Origin: the human T2T-CHM13v2.0 reference genome, Homo sapiens
Direction: 5' to 3' (one strand)
NCBI RefSeq assembly: GCF_009914755.1
Contig: NC_060925.1
DNA length: 64,000 nucleotides
Made by a program: the position numbers and the translations under genes. Each line of letters starts with the position of its first letter. The stretch's first letter is position 1. Below are positions 18,201 through 41,174 of the stretch, piece after piece. Below the pieces are notes generated by a model, which was not told where the DNA came from, did not search any database, and saw only the letters and a list, made by a program, of their open reading frames with translations.

Positions 18201-21200
18201 GACAAAATGGTGCATTGTGACATAACTCTTCACTGATCACTCAGGCGATGGGACTCTTGTCTAGGCTCTGCCTACAGGAGCATTGTGACATATCTCTGCA
18301 GTGATCATGCAGGTGATGTAACTCTTGACTATATCTGCCTACTGGCGGCATTGTGGCATATTTCTGCACTGATCAACCAGGTGATGGGCTCTTGTCTTGG
18401 ATCTGCCTATTGGGGCATAGTGACATATCTCTGCACTGATCACTCATGTGACGTAACGCTTGTCTAAGCTGCGCCTAAAGGTGAATTGTGACAGATATCT
18501 CCACTGATCATCCAGGTGATGTAACGATTTTCTGGGACTTGTCTGCAGGGGGCTTTGTGACATATCTTTGCATTGATCACCCAGGAGATGTAACTCTTGT
18601 CTAGGCTCGGCCTACAAGGGTTTTGTGACATATTTCTGTACTGATCACCCAGGTAATATAACTGTTGTCTGGGTTCCACGTACATGGGGTATTGTGACGT
18701 ATCTCTGCACAGATTAAGAAGGTGATGTAACATTTATCTAGGCTCTCCCTGCAGGGGCGTATTGACATAGCTCTGTACAGATCACCTAGGTTATGTATCA
18801 CTTGTCCACGCTCTGCCTGCAGGTGCGTTGTGAAATATCTCTGCATTCATCACCCAGGTGATGGGACTCTTCTCTATACTCTGCCTAGTGGGGGTTTGTG
18901 ACATATCTCTGCACTGATCACCCAGGTGATGGAATTCTTGTCTAGGATCTGTATTTGGGGGCATTGTGTCAAATATCTGCACTGATCACCCAGGTGATGT
19001 AACTCTTTTCTAGGCTCTGTCTACAGGGATTTTTGTGACATACCACTGCAGTGATCACCTAGCTGATGTAAGTCTTGTATGAGCTTTGCTTACAGAAGGA
19101 TTTGTGACATATCTATGTACTGATCTCTGAGGTGATGCAACTCTTGTCTAGGCACTGCCTACAGGGGACATTGGTACATATCTCTACACTGATCACCCAG
19201 TTGATGGACTCTTGTCTTAGATCTGCCTACATGGACATTGTGACACATCTCTGAACTGATCAACCAAGTGATGAAACCCTTGTCTAGCCTCTGCCTACAG
19301 GGGCTATGTGACACATCACTGCTTTGATCACCCTGCGGCGGGAACTCTTGTCTACGCTCTGCCAATAGGAGTTTTATGACTTATACCTGCACTGATAACC
19401 TAGGTGAAGTAACACTTGTCTAGGCCCTGTTTACACGGAAATTCTCACATATCTCTGCACTGATCACCCAGGTGAAGTAACTCCTGTCTAGGTTCAGCCT
19501 ATAGGACCGTTTTGACATACCTCTGTGCTGATCACTGAGGTGATGTTACCCTTGTCGAAGCTCTGCCTACAGGGGCATTGTGACAGATCTCTCCACTGCT
19601 CACCCAGGTGATGTAACAATTGTCAGGGCTTTGCCTACAAGGGACTTTGTGATATACATTTCCACTGATCAAACAGGTGATGTAACCCTTGTGAAGGTTC
19701 TGTTTACAGGGGCTTTGTGACATATCTCTGCACTGATCACCCCAGGGAGGAAACAATTTTCTACACTCTACCTACAGGAGGCTTTACAACTCTTGTCTAT
19801 GCTCTGCATACGTGGGCATTGTGACTTATCTCTGCACTGATCACCCAAGACACGTGACACTTGTCTGAGCTCTGCCTAGAGGTACATCAGGACATATCTC
19901 TGAACTGATCGCTGAGGTGATGTAAAATTGTCTAGGCTTGCCTAGGCTTGCCTACAGTGGGATTTATGACGTATCTCTGCACTAATCAGCCAGGTGATGT
20001 AACTCTTTTCTAGGCTCTGCTTACAGGGGGTATTGTGAGATATCTCTGCACTGATCACCCAGGTGATGTAACTGTTGTCTGGGCTCTGCCTACAGAGGTA
20101 TTTTAACATATCACTGCACTGATGACCGAGATGATGTAACTCTTCTATAGGCTTTGCCGACAGGGGGCATTGAGATATATCTCTGAACTGATCAACGAGG
20201 TGATGCAACTCTTTCTGGGATCTGCTTACAGGGGTCATTGTGACACATCTCTGCCCTGATCACCCAGGTGATGCGACTCTTGTCTAGGCTCTATGTATGG
20301 GGGCTTTGTGACATATCTCTGCACTGATCACCCAGGTGATGTAACGCTTGACTAGGCTCTGCCTACGGGGCATAGTGACATATAACTGCATTGATCACGA
20401 AGGTGATGTAACTCTTGTCCAAGCTCTGCCTATAGGGGGCCTTGTGACATATCTCTGCACTGATCATCTCAGTGATGTAACTCTTGCTTATGCTCTGCCT
20501 GCAGGTCAGAGATATTATTGAATATCTCTGCACTGATCACCCAGGTGATAGGAGTCTTCTTAAGGCTCTGCCTACAGGGGGCATGGTCACATATTTCTGC
20601 ACTGATCACCCAAGTGACGGACTCTTGTCTTGAATTTACCTACGGGGGCATTGTGAAATATCTCTGCACTGATCACCCAGGTGATGTAACTCTGGTCTAA
20701 GCTCTGCCTAAAGGGGCATTGCGACAGATCTCTGCACTGATCACTCAGGTGATGTAACTATTGTCTACGCTCTGCTTAAAGGAACCTTGTCACACATCTC
20801 TGTTCTGATCACCCAGGTGATGCAACTCTTGTCTAGGCTCTGCTAACAGGGGGTATTGTGACATATCTCTGCACTGATAACCTAAGTGATGTAACACTTT
20901 TGTAGGCTCTGCCTACAGGGGCATTTTGACATATCTCTGCAATGTTAACTGAGGTGATGTAACTCTTGTGTAGGCTATGCCCACAGGGGGATTGAGACAT
21001 ATCACTGCAGTGATCCCTAGGTGATCCAACTCTTGCCTGGTCTGTGTCTACTGGGAACATTGTGACATATCTCTGCACTGACCTCCCAGGTGCTGTAACT
21101 TTAGTCTAGGCTCTGGCTACAGGGCATTGTGACATATCACTGCACTGATCACCCAGGTTATATAACTCTTGTTTAGGCTCTGCCTACAGGGGGCTTGTGA

Positions 21201-22542
21201 CATATCTCTGTACTGATCACCCAGATGATATAACTCTTCTCTAGGATCTGCCTACAGGGTGCTTTGTGACATATCACTGCAATGATCACCCAGGTGATAT
21301 ACCACTTGTTAAGGTTCTGCCTACAGGGGCATTGCGATGTATATATGCACTGATCGCCTAGGTCATGTAACTCTTATCTAGGCTCTGTCTCCAGTGGCAT
21401 TATGACATATCTCTGCACTGATCACCCAGGTGATGTAACTCTTTTCTAGGATCTGCCTACAGGGTGCTTTGTGACATTTCCCTGCAATGATCACCCAGGT
21501 GATATACCAATTGTCAAGGCTCTGCTACAGGGGCATTGCGATGTATCTCTGCACTGATCACCTAAGTCATGTAACTCTTGTCTAGGCTCTGCCTACAGTG
21601 GCATTGTGACATATCTCTGCACTGATCACCCAGGTGATGGACTCTTGTGTTAGATCTGCCTACATGGAAATTGTGACACATCTCTGAACTGATCAACCAA
21701 GTGATGAAACTCTTGTCTAGGCTCTGCCTACAGGGGCTTTGTGACACATCTCTGGACTGATCACCCTGGGAAGGAAACTCTTTTCTACGCTCTGCCTACA
21801 GGGGGCTTTATGACTTATACCTGCACTGATAACCTAGGTGATGTAACACTTGTCCAGGCTCTGCCTACACGGGAATTCTCACATATCTATGCACTGATCA
21901 CCCAGGTGGTGTAACTCCTGTCTAGGTTCAGACTACAGGAGCGTTTTGACATATCTCTACACTGATCACCCAGGTGATGTAACCCTTGTCTAAGCTCTGC
22001 CTACTGGGGCATTGTGACAGATCTCTCCACTGCTCACTCAGGTGATGTAACAATTGTCTGGGCTTTGCCTTCAGGGGGCTTTGTGATATACATTTCTACT
22101 GATCTAACAGGTGATGTAACCCTTGTCAAGGTTCTGCTTACAGGGGCTTTGAGACATATCACTACACTGATCACCACAGGGAGGAAACAGTTGTCTACAC
22201 TCTGCCTACAGGAAGCTTTAAGACTTATCCCTGCACTGATCACTATGTGATGTAACACTTGTCTAGGCTCTGTCTGCACGGGAATTTTCACATATCTCTA
22301 CACTGATCACCTAAGTGATGCAACACTTGTCTAGGTTCAGCCTACTGGGGATTTCTGACATACCTATGCACTGATCACCGAGGTGATGTAAATCATTTCC
22401 AGGCTTTTTGTACAGGGGACATTGTGATATATCTCTGCACTGATCACCCAAATGATGCAAATCTTCTCTAGACTCTGCAGGGAGGGAGCATTGTGACAAA
22501 TTTCTGAAACGATCATCCAGGAGATGTAACTATTTTCCAGGC
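15290..22542 (-). repeat. Beta satellite array
   Basis: ~68-bp monomers, minus orientation. Confidence 0.95.
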
Positions 22543-25317
<2,775 letters not shown>

Positions 25318-28300
25318 TGACACATCTCTGAACTGATCAACAAAGTGATGTAACACTTGTCTAGGCTCTGCCTACAAGGGCTTTGTGACATATCTCTGCA
25401 CTGATCACCCAGGTGATGGGACTTTTGTGTAGTCTCTGCCTATGGGGGCATTGTGACATATCTCTACACTGATCACCCAGGTGATGTAACTCTTGTGTTG
25501 GATCTGCCTATGGGGGCATTGTGACATATTTCTGCACTGATCACCCAAGTGATGAGACACTTTTCTAGGCTCTGTGTATGGGGGCTTTGTGGCATAGCTC
25601 TGCACTGATCACCCAGGTGATGTAACGCTTGACTAGGCTCTGCCTACAGGATACAGTGACATATCACCGCTTTAATCACCGAGGTGATGTAACTCTTGTC
25701 CAGGCTCTGCCTATAGGGGGCCTTGTGACATAACTCTGCACTGATCATCTACGTGATGGGACCCTTCTCTAGGCTCTGCTTACTGGGGTCATTGTCATAA
25801 ATTTCTGCACTGATCACTCAGGTGATGAAATCATGTCTTGGATTTGCCTATGGGGGCTCTGTGACATATCTCTGCACTGATCATCCAGGTGATGTAACTC
25901 TGGGTTAAGCTCTGCCTTAAGGGGCATTGTGACAGATCTCTGCACTGATCACTCAGGTGATGTGACAATTGTCTAGGCTCTGCTTAAAGGGGAATGGTCA
26001 CATATCTCTGCATTGATCACCCTGGTGATCTAACTCTGGTCTGGCTCTGCTTACAGGGGGTACTGTGACATATCTCTGCACTGATCACCTAAGTGATGTA
26101 ACAATTTTGTAGGCTCTGCCTACAGGGGCAATTTGACATATCTCTGCACTGTTAACCGAGGTGATGTAACTGTTGTCAAGGCTGTGCCCACAGGGGAATT
26201 GAGACATATCTCTGCACTGATCCCGAGGTGATCCAACTCTTGCCTGGTCTCTGCCTACTGGGGACATTGTGACATATCTCTGCACTGATCTCCCAGGTGC
26301 TGTAACTTTAGTCTAGGCTCTGGCTACACGGCATTTTGACATTTCACTGCACTGATCACCCAGGTGATATAACTCTTGTCTAGGCTCTGCCTACAGGGGT
26401 CTTGTGACATATCTCTGCACTGATCACCCAGGTGATATAACTCTTCTCTAGGATCTGCCTACAGGGTGCTTTGTGACATATCCCTGCAATGATTAACCAG
26501 GTGATATACCACTTGCCAAGGCTCTGCCTACAGAGGCATTGCGATGTATCTCTGCACTGATCACCTAGGTCATGTAACACTTGTCTAGGCTCTGCCTACA
26601 TTGACATTGTGACATATCTTTGCAGTGATCACCCAGAAGATGTAACTGTTTTCTAGGATCTGCCTACAGGGTGCTTTGTGACATATCCCTGCAATGATCA
26701 CCCAGGTGATGTACCACTTGTCAAGGCTCTGCCTACAAGGACATTGCGATGTATCTCTGCACTGATCACCTAGGTCATGTAACAGTTTTCTAGGCTCTGG
26801 GTTGAGTGGCATTGTGACATATCTCTGCACTGATCATCCAAGTGATTTAACTCTTGTCTAGGATCTGCCTAAAGGGACTTTGTGACATAACTCTACAGTG
26901 ATCATCCAGGTAAAGGGGTTTTTGTGTAGGCTCTGCCTAAGGGGGCATTGTGACATGTTTCGGCACTGATCTCCCAGGTGACGGACTCTTGTCTTGGATC
27001 TGCCTATGGGGGCATTGTGACATATCTCTGCACTGATCACCCAGGTGATGTAACGGTTGTATAAGCTCTGCCGACAGGGGAATTGTGAGAGATCTCGCCA
27101 CTGATCACCGAAGTGATGTAACTATTGTCTAGGCTTTGCCTACCGGGGGCTTATTGACATACCTTTGCACTGATCACCAAGGTGATGTAACTCATCTAAG
27201 TTCTGCCTACAGGAGCTTTGTGACATATCTCTGCACTGATCACTTATGTAATGTAACACTTTTGTAAGCACTGCCTACAGAGAATTTTGACAACTCTTTG
27301 CACTGATCACCTAGGTGATGTAACTCTTGTCTACCCTCTGCCCAAAGGGGGCATTGTGAAATATATCTGCACTGATCACCCAGGTGACTCAAATCTTGTC
27401 TAGGATCTGCCTATAGGGGGTATTGTGAAATATCTCTGCACTGATCAGCTAGGTGATGTAACTTTGTCTAGGCTCTGCCTACAGGAGCGTTTTCCCATAT
27501 CCATGAACTGATGACAAAGGTGATGTAACTCTTGCCTAGGCTTTGCCTACAGGGGACATTGTGACATATATCTGCACTAATCACCCAGGTGATGCAACTC
27601 TTCTCTATGCTCTGCCTACAGGGGACATAGTGACATATCTCTGCACTGATCACCCAGGTGATGTAACCCTTTTCAAGTCTCTGCCTACAGAGGGCGTTGT
27701 GACATCACTCTGCACGGATCACCCGGGTTATGTAAGTGTTGTCTAGGCTCTGCCTATGGGGGCTTTGTGATTTAACTCTGCACTGATTACCCAGGAGATG
27801 TGACTCTTTCCTAAGCTCTGCCTAGAGGAACATTGGGACATATCTCTGCACTGATCGCTGAGGTGATGTAAAATGTCTAGGCTTTTCCTACAGTGGGATT
27901 TATGACATATCTCTGCACTGATCACCCAGGTGTTGTAAGTCTTGTCTAGCCTCTGCTTACAGGGGGTATTGTGAGATATCTCTTCATTGATCACCGAGGT
28001 GATGTATCTCTTGTCTAGGCTCTGCCTACTGGAGACATTGTGACATATCTCCGCACTGATCACCCAGGTGATGTCACTTTTGTCAAGGATATGGCTACAG
28101 GGACATTGTGACATGTCACTGCACTGATCACACAGCTGGTGTAACACTTGTTTAGGCTCTGGGTATAGGGGGCTAGTGATACATCTCTGCAGTGATCACC
28201 CAGGTGATGTAACCCTTGTCTAGGCTCTGACAAAATGGTGCATTGTGACATAACTCTTCACTGATCACTCAGGCGATGGGACTCTTGTCTAGGCTCTGCC

Positions 28301-31300
28301 TACAGGAGCATTGTGACATATCTCTGCAGTGATCATGCAGGTGATGTAACTCTTGACTATATCTGCCTACTGGCGGCATTGTGGCATATTTCTGCACTGA
28401 TCAACCAGGTGATGGGCTCTTGTCTTGGATCTGCCTATTGGGGCATAGTGACATATCTCTGCACTGATCACTCATGTGACGTAACGCTTGTCTAAGCTGC
28501 GCCTAAAGGTGAATTGTGACAGATATCTCCACTGATCATCCAGGTGATGTAACGATTTTCTGGGACTTGTCTGCAGGGGGCTTTGTGACATATCTTTGCA
28601 TTGATCACCCAGGAGATGTAACTCTTGTCTAGGCTCGGCCTACAAGGGTTTTGTGACATATTTCTGTACTGATCACCCAGGTAATATAACTGTTGTCTGG
28701 GTTCCACGTACATGGGGTATTGTGACGTATCTCTGCACAGATTAAGGAGGTGATGTAACATTTATCTAGGCTCTCCCTGCAGGGGCGTATTGACATAGCT
28801 CTGTACAGATCACCTAGGTTATGTATCACTTGTCCACGCTCTGCCTGCAGGTGCGTTGTGAAATATCTCTGCATTCATCACCCAGGTGATGGGACTCTTC
28901 TCTATACTCTGCCTAGTGGGGGTTTGTGACATATCTCTGCACTGATCACCCAGGTGATGGAATTCTTGTCTAGGATCTGTATTTGGGGGCATTGTGTCAA
29001 ATATCTGCACTGATCACCCAGGTGATGTAACTCTTTTCTAGGCTCTGTCTACAGGGATTTTTGTGACATACCACTGCAGTGATCACCTAGCTGATGTAAG
29101 TCTTGTATGAGCTTTGCTTACAGAAGGATTTGTGACATATCTATGTACTGATCTCTGAGGTGATGCAACTCTTGTCTAGGCACTGCCTACAGGGGACATT
29201 GGTACATATCTCTACACTGATCACCCAGTTGATGGACTCTTGTCTTAGATCTGCCTACATGGACATTGTGACACATCTCTGAACTGATCAACCAAGTGAT
29301 GAAACCCTTGTCTAGCCTCTGCCTACAGGGGCTATGTGACACATCACTGCTTTGATCACCCTGCGGCGGGAACTCTTGTCTACGCTCTGCCAATAGGAGT
29401 TTTATGACTTATACCTGCACTGATAACCTAGGTGAAGTAACACTTGTCTAGGCCCTGTTTACACGGAAATTCTCACATATCTCTGCACTGATCACCCAGG
29501 TGAAGTAACTCCTGTCTAGGTTCAGCCTATAGGACCGTTTTGACATACCTCTGTGCTGACCACTGAGGTGATGTTACCCTTGTCGAAGCTCTGCCTACAG
29601 GGGCATTGTGACAGATCTCTCCACTGCTCACCCAGGTGATGTAACAATTGTCAGGGCTTTGCCTACAAGGGACTTTGTGATATACATTTCCACTGATCAA
29701 ACAGGTGATGTAACCCTTGTGAAGGTTCTGTTTACAGGGGCTTTGTGACATATCTCTGCACTGATCACCCCAGGGAGGAAACAATTTTCTACACTCTACC
29801 TACAGGAGGCTTTACAACTCTTGTCTATGCTCTGCATACGTGGGCATTGTGACTTATCTCTGCACTGATCACCCAAGACACGTGACACTTGTCTGAGCTC
29901 TGCCTAGAGGTACATCAGGACATATCTCTGAACTGATCACTGAGGTGATGTAAAATTGTCTAGGCTTGCCTAGGCTTGCCTACAGTGGGATTTATGACGT
30001 ATCTCTGCACTAATCAGCCAGGTGATGTAACTCTTTTCTAGGCTCTGCTTACAGGGGGTATTGTGAGATATCTCTGCACTGATCACCCAGGTGATGTAAC
30101 TGTTGTCTGGGCTCTGCCTACAGAGGTATTTTAACATATCACTGCACTGATGACCGAGATGATGTAACTCTTCTATAGGCTTTGCCGACAGGGGGCATTG
30201 AGATATATCTCTGAACTGATCAACGAGGTGATGCAACTCTTTCTGGGATCTGCTTACAGGGGTCATTGTGACACATCTCTGCCCTGATCACCCAGGTGAT
30301 GTAACTCTTGTCTAGGCTCTGCCTAATGGAGGTCTTGTGACATTTCTCTGCACTGGTCACCCAGGTGATGTCACTTTTGTCAAGGATATGGCTACAGGGA
30401 CATTGAGACATGTCACTGCACTGATCACACAGCTTATGTAACACTTGTCAAAGCTCTGGCTACAGGGGGCTTGTGACACATCTCTGCACTGATCACCCAG
30501 GTGATGTAACCCTTGTCTAGGCCTCACAAAAGGGGGCATTGTGACATAACTCTGCACTGATCACCCAGGTGATGGTACTCTTGTCTACGCTCTGCCTACT
30601 GGGGTTTTGTGACATATCTCTGCAGTGATCACGCAGGTGATGAAACTCTTGTCTATATCTGCCTACTGGTGGCATTGTGGCATATTTCTGCACTGATCAC
30701 CCAGGTGATGGACTCTTGTCTTGGATCTGCCTATGGGGGCATAGTGACATATCTCTGCACTGATCACTTATGTGATGTAACGCTTGTCTAAGCTGCGCCT
30801 AAAGGGGAATTGTGACAGATACCTCCACTGATCACCCAGGTAATGTAACAATTTTCTGGGATTTGTCTACAGGGAGCTTTGTGACATACTTTTGCACTGA
30901 TCACCCAGGAGATGTAACTCTTGTCTAGGCTCGGCCTACAGGGGCTTTGTGACATATTTCAGCACTGATAACCCAGGTGATGTAACTCTTGTTTAGGCTC
31001 TGCCTACAGGGGTTTTGTGACATATTTCTGCACTGATCACCCAGGTGATGTAACTCTTGTCTAGGCTACACCTACAGGGGCTATTGTGACGTATCTGCAC
31101 AGATCACCCAGGTGATGTAACATTTATCTATGCTCTGCCAACAGGGGCGTTTTGACACAGGTCTGCACAGATCACCTAGGTTATGTCACTCTTGTCCACT
31201 CTCTTCCTACAGGGGGCATTGTGAAATATCTCTGCACTGATCACCCAGGTGATGGGACCCTTCTCTATACTCTGCCTAGAGGGAGTATGTGACATATCTC

Positions 31301-32565
31301 TGCACTGATCACCCAGGTGATGGAAGTCTTGTCTAGGCTCTGTCTATCTTGGCATTGTGTCAAATATCTGCACTGATCACCCAGGTGATGTAACTCTTTT
31401 CCAGGCTCTGTCTTTGGGGGCATTGTGTCAAATATCTGCACTGATCACAAAGGTGATGTAACTCTTTCTAGGCTCTGTCTATAGGGATTTTTGTGACATA
31501 TCACTGCACTGATCACCTAGGTGTTGTAAGCCTTGTATGGACTTTGCCTACAGAAGGCTTTGTGACATATCTATGCAATGATCTCTGAGGTGATGCAACT
31601 CTTGTCTAGGCCCAACCTACAGGGCCATTTGTACATATCTCTGCACTGATCACCCAGGTGATGGACACTTGTCTTAGATCTGCCTACATGGACATTGTAA
31701 CACATCTCTGAACTGATCAACCAAGTGATGAAACTCTTGTCTAGGCTCTGCTACAGGGGCTTTGTGACACATCTCTGCACTGATCACCCTGGGGAGGTAA
31801 CTATTGTCTACACTCTGCCTACAGGAGGCTTTATGACTTATACCTGCACTGATAACCTAGGTGATGTAACACTTGTCTAGGCTCTGCCTACACGGGAATT
31901 CTCACATATCTCTGCACTGATCAGCCAGGTGATGTAACTCCTGTCTAGGTTCAGCCTACAGGAGCGTTTTGTCATATCTCTGCACTGATCACGCAGGTGA
32001 TGTAACCCTTGTCTAAGCTCTGCCTACAGGGTCATTGTGACAGATCTCTCCACTGCTCACTCAGGTGATGTGACAATTGTCTGGGCTTTGCCTACAGGGG
32101 GCTGTGTGATATACATTTCCAGTGATCAAACAGGTGATGTAACCCTTGTCAAGGTTCAGCTTACAGGGGCTTTGTGACATATCTATGCACTGATCACACC
32201 AGAGAGGAATCACTTGTCTACACTCTGCCTAAAGGAGGCTTTACGAATTACCCCTGCAATGATCACTGGGTGATGTAACACTTGTCTAGGCTCTGTCTAC
32301 ATGGGAATTTTCACATGTCTCTACACTGATCACCTAAGTGATGTAACCCTTGTCTAGGTTCAGCTTACTGGGTATTTCTGACATACCTATGCACTGATCA
32401 CCGAGGTGATGTAAATCATTTCCAGGTTTTTTGTACAGGGGACATTGTTATTTATCTCTGCGCTGAACACCCAAATGATGCAAATCTTCTCTAAGCTCTG
32501 CAGGGAGGGGGCATTGTGACATATTTGTGAACTGATCATCCAGGAGATGTAACTATTCTACAGGC
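25318..32565 (-). repeat. Beta satellite array
   Basis: ~68-bp monomers, minus orientation. Confidence 0.95.
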
Positions 32566-33276
32566 TTTGACTAAAGTTCGTCGGAAGGTGTTTGGAGAGC
32601 CTCAGCTGGAATTTCACGGATGGCCAAGGGCACAGAGAGAGCAGCGGGCTCCCTTGCAAGTCAGCCGGAGTGCACAATGAGCGCAGGTCTAGCCAGGAGC
32701 CCGGCAAAGAGAGCTAGAGGTCTGCGTTCCACAGCCAGGCCCTCCATGGTGGCAACTGGGAGGCTGCAGGGGCACGGGCAGGCCGGCGATGGTGGCCTGG
32801 TGGCACAGAGGAGGCGAGCCGCTGGAGGGGTGTCAGGCCCGGATGCTGCACGGTCCTGGTGTTTTGCGGGACGTGGGTCTCCACCCAGCCCAGGGGAGGA
32901 CGCATTTTCCGGTGTTGGGGTGTGGGGGTTGGGGGGTAGTCAGGTGGGTGTGGGGTTGTGGAAAGGCATGAGAGCTCTGCCCAGGCTGCTCCCACAGTCC
33001 AGGCGGCTGCCCGCAAACCCGCTCGTGCGCAGTAGGCGGCCCACCTGCTGGTACCTGTGCCGACTCTGGGATCCCCGGGATGCCCAGGAAAGAATGGTAT
33101 TTCTCCGCTTTGTGGAGCCTCTCACCGGGTCTAGACCTAGAGGGCAGGAATCCCAGGCTGGTCAGCCCAGTGGAGGGGGTGGGGGGAAGACACACCCTTC
33201 CATAGCCAGCCAGGTGTTCCCCGCGAAAGAGAGGCCACCGCCCTGCCAGGAGCTGACCATGTCCCAACCCCGCGTC

Positions 33277-34612
<1,336 letters not shown>

Positions 34613-35339
34613 TCAGCCGGCCTGTGCACTGCCGCAGGTGCAGCCAGGAGGCCTGCCCGGACTACCAGCCACTGGCTCATATAAAGGCCCGCAGGCAGGC
34701 AGGCTCCACCACTTCATGAATGGCGGTGAGCCCTGGGACAGCCCGCCCCACCCTGGATTGGTCCCAGGGCATCAAGGCCTGCGGCAGGTGGGGTGGTGGG
34801 GTGGGGGTGGAGGGCGTGGTGATGGTAGTGGTGGGGCCAGAGAGACGAAGAGGAAGGGGGCACGGGGGAAGGTGTGAGGGGGGCGCTTTACGGGGGCTGG
34901 CTATCCGGACCACTCCAGGAAACCCGTGGGATCTGGAAGCCGCTCTCTGGGCTCCCATGTGTCTTCAGCAGGGAGAAACTGGCCTGGGAGGGTGGAGGGG
35001 AGTGTGGAACTGAACCTCCGTGGTAGTCTTGAGTGTTCCAGGCCCTGTCTCCGTGAAGTAGTCAGTGCCTGTGGGTGTCGCCGTTGCCAGGACAGTCTCA
35101 CACAGGCAGGCTTGTGACTCTCGTTCATTTCCACTTAGGAGACCAGAGCGAGACCCCAGAGAGAAGATGCCTCCCCGGCGTGATGGCCTGATGATGGATT
35201 CCGGTGTATGGCAACATGGGGAGTCTGCAGTGTGGCCGGTTTGGAAACTGGAAAGGAGAGCGAAGGCACCATGATGATCTTCTACTGTTCCCTGCATGTT
35301 TCCAGGTGCCTGCAGAGCTCCGGGAGCAAACAGTCAGCA

Positions 35340-38300
35340 TGACACATCTCTGAACTGATCAACAAAGTGATGTAACTTTTGTCTAGGCTCTGCCTACTGG
35401 GGCTTTGTGATATATCTCTTCACTGATCACCCAGGTGATGGGACGTTTGTCTAGGCTCTGCCTATGGGGGCATTGTGACATATCTCTACATTGATCACCC
35501 AGGTGATGTAACTCTTGTGTTGGATCTGCCTAAGGGGGCATTGTGACATATTTCTGCACTGATCACTCAGGTGATGGGTCTCTTGTCTAGCATCTGTGTA
35601 TGGGGGCTTTGTGACATATCTCTGCACTGATCACCCACGTGATGTAACGCTTGACTAGGCTCTGCCTATGGTGTATAATAACATATCACTGCGTTGATCA
35701 CCAAGGTGATGTAACTCCTGTCCAAGCTCTGCCTATAGGGGGCCTTGTGACATATCTCTGCACTGAACATCTTGGTGATGTAACTCTTGCTTACGCTCTG
35801 CCTGCAGGGGCATTGTGAAATATCTCTGCACTGATTACCCAGGTAGGTGATGGGACTCTTCTCTAGGCTCTGCCTACTGGGGGCATTGTCACATATTTCT
35901 GCACTGATCACCCAGGTGACGGACCCTTGTCTTGGATTTGCCTATGGGGGCATTGTGACATATCTCTGCACTGATCACCCAGGTTTTATATCTTTCCTCT
36001 AGGATCTGCGTACAGCGTGCTTTGTGACATATCCCTGCAGTGATCACCCAGGTGATACACCTCTTGTCAAGTCTCTGCGTACAGGGACATTACGATGTAT
36101 CTCTGCACTGAGTACCTGGGTAATGTAACACTTGTCTAGGCTCTGCCTACAGTGGCATTGTGACATATCTCTGCACTGATCATCCAAGTGATGTAACTCT
36201 TGTCTAGGGTCGGCCTAAAGGGAGTTTGTGACATAACTCTGCACTGATCATACAGGTGATGGGGCTTTTGTCTAGGCTCTGCCTAAGGGGGCATTGTGAC
36301 ATATTTCTGCACTGATCACCCAGGTGACGGACTCTTGTCTTGGATCTGCCTATGGGGGCATTGTGACATATCTCTGCACTGATCACCCAGGTGATGTAAA
36401 TGTTGTATAAGCTCTGCCTACAGGGGAATTCTGAGAGATCTCTCCACTGATCACCCAAATGTTGGAACTATTGTCTACGCTTTGCCTACAGGGGACATTG
36501 TGACATATCTCTGCACTAATCACCCAGGTGATGCAACTCTTCTCTATGCTCTGCCTACAGGGGACATTGTGACATATTCCTGCATTGATCACCCAGGTGA
36601 TGCAACTCTTCTCTATTCTCTGCCTACAGGGGGCATTGTGACATATCTCTGCACTGATCACCGAGGTGATGTAACTCTTTTCTAGTCTCTGCCTACAGAG
36701 GTCGTTGTGACATCATTCTGCACGGATCACCCGGGTTATGTAACCCTTGTCTACGCTCTGCCTACGGGGGCATTGTGACATATTTCTGCACTGATCACCC
36801 AGGAGATGTGACTCCTGTCTAAGCTCTGCCTGGAGGGACATTGGGACATATCTCTGCACTGATCGCTGAGGTGATGTAAAACTTGTCTAGGCTTTGCCTA
36901 CAGTGGAATTTAGAACATATCTCTGCACTGATCACCCAGGTTATGTAACTTTTGTCTAGGCTCTGCCTACAGGGGCATTTTAACATATCACTGCACTGAT
37001 CACCGAGGTGGTGTAACTCATGTATAGGCTTCGCCGACAGGGGGCATTGAGACATATCTCTGCACTGATCACCGAGTTGATGCAACTATTGTCTGGGATC
37101 TGCTTACAAGGGGCATTGTGACATATCTCTGCCCTGATCACCCAGGTGATGTAACTCTTGTCTAGGCTCTGCCTACTGGAGACATTGTGATATATCTCCG
37201 CACTGATCACCCAGGTGATGTCACTTTTGCCAAGGATATGGCTACATGGACATTGTGACATGTCACTGCACTGATCACACAGCTGATGTAACTCTTGTCT
37301 AGGCTCTGGCTACAGGGATTTTTGTGAAACATCACTGCACTGATCACCTAGGTGATGTAAGCCTTGTATGGGCTTTTCGTACAGAAGGTTTTGTGACATA
37401 TCTATGCACTGGTCTCTGAGGTGATGCAAGTCGCGTCTAGGCACTGCCTACAGGGGAAATTGGTACATATCTCTGCACTGATCACCCAGGTACTGGACTC
37501 TTGTCTTAGATCTGCCTACATGGACATTTTGACACATCTCTGAACTGATCAACCAAGTGATGAAACTCTTGTCTAGGCTCTGCCTACAGGGGCTTTGTGA
37601 CACATCTCTGCAATGATCACCCTGGTGAGGGAAGAGTTATCTACGCTCTGCCTACAGGAGGCTTTATGACTTATGCCTGCACTGATAACCTAGGTGATGT
37701 AACAATTGTCTAGGCCCTGCCTACACGGGAATTCTCACAAATCTCTGCACTGATCACCCGGGTGATGTAACTCCTGTCTAGGTTCAGCTCAGAGGAGCCT
37801 TTTGACATATCTCTGCACTGATCACCCAGGTGATGTAACCCTTATCTAAGCTCTGCCTACCGGGGCATTGTGACAGATCTCTCCACTGCTCACCCAGGTG
37901 ATTTAACAATAGTCCGGGCTTTGCCTACTGGGGGCTTTATGATATACATTTCCACTGATCAAACAGGTGAAGTAAGACTTGTCAAGGTTCTGCTTACAGG
38001 GGCTTTGTGACATATCTCTGCACTGATCACCCCAGGGATGAAACACTTTTCTAAACTCTGCCTACAGGAGGCTTTACGACTTATCCCTGCACTGATCACT
38101 AGGTGACATAACACTTGTCTAGGCTCTGTCTACACGGGAATTTTCACATATCTCTACACTGATCACCTAAAGGATGTAACCCTTGTCTAGGTTCAGCCTA
38201 CTGGGGATTTCTGACATATCTATGCACTGATCACCGTGGTGATGTAAATCGTTCCCAGGCTTTTTGTACAGGGGACATTGTGATACATCTCTGCACTGAT

Positions 38301-38399
38301 CACCCAAATGATGCAAATCTTCTCCAGGCTCCGCATGGAGGGGGCATTGTGACATATTTCTGAACTGATCATCCAGGAGATGTAACTATTCTCCATGCT
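35340..38399 (-). repeat. Beta satellite array
   Basis: ~68-bp monomers, minus orientation. Confidence 0.95.
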
Positions 38400-41174
<2,775 letters not shown>
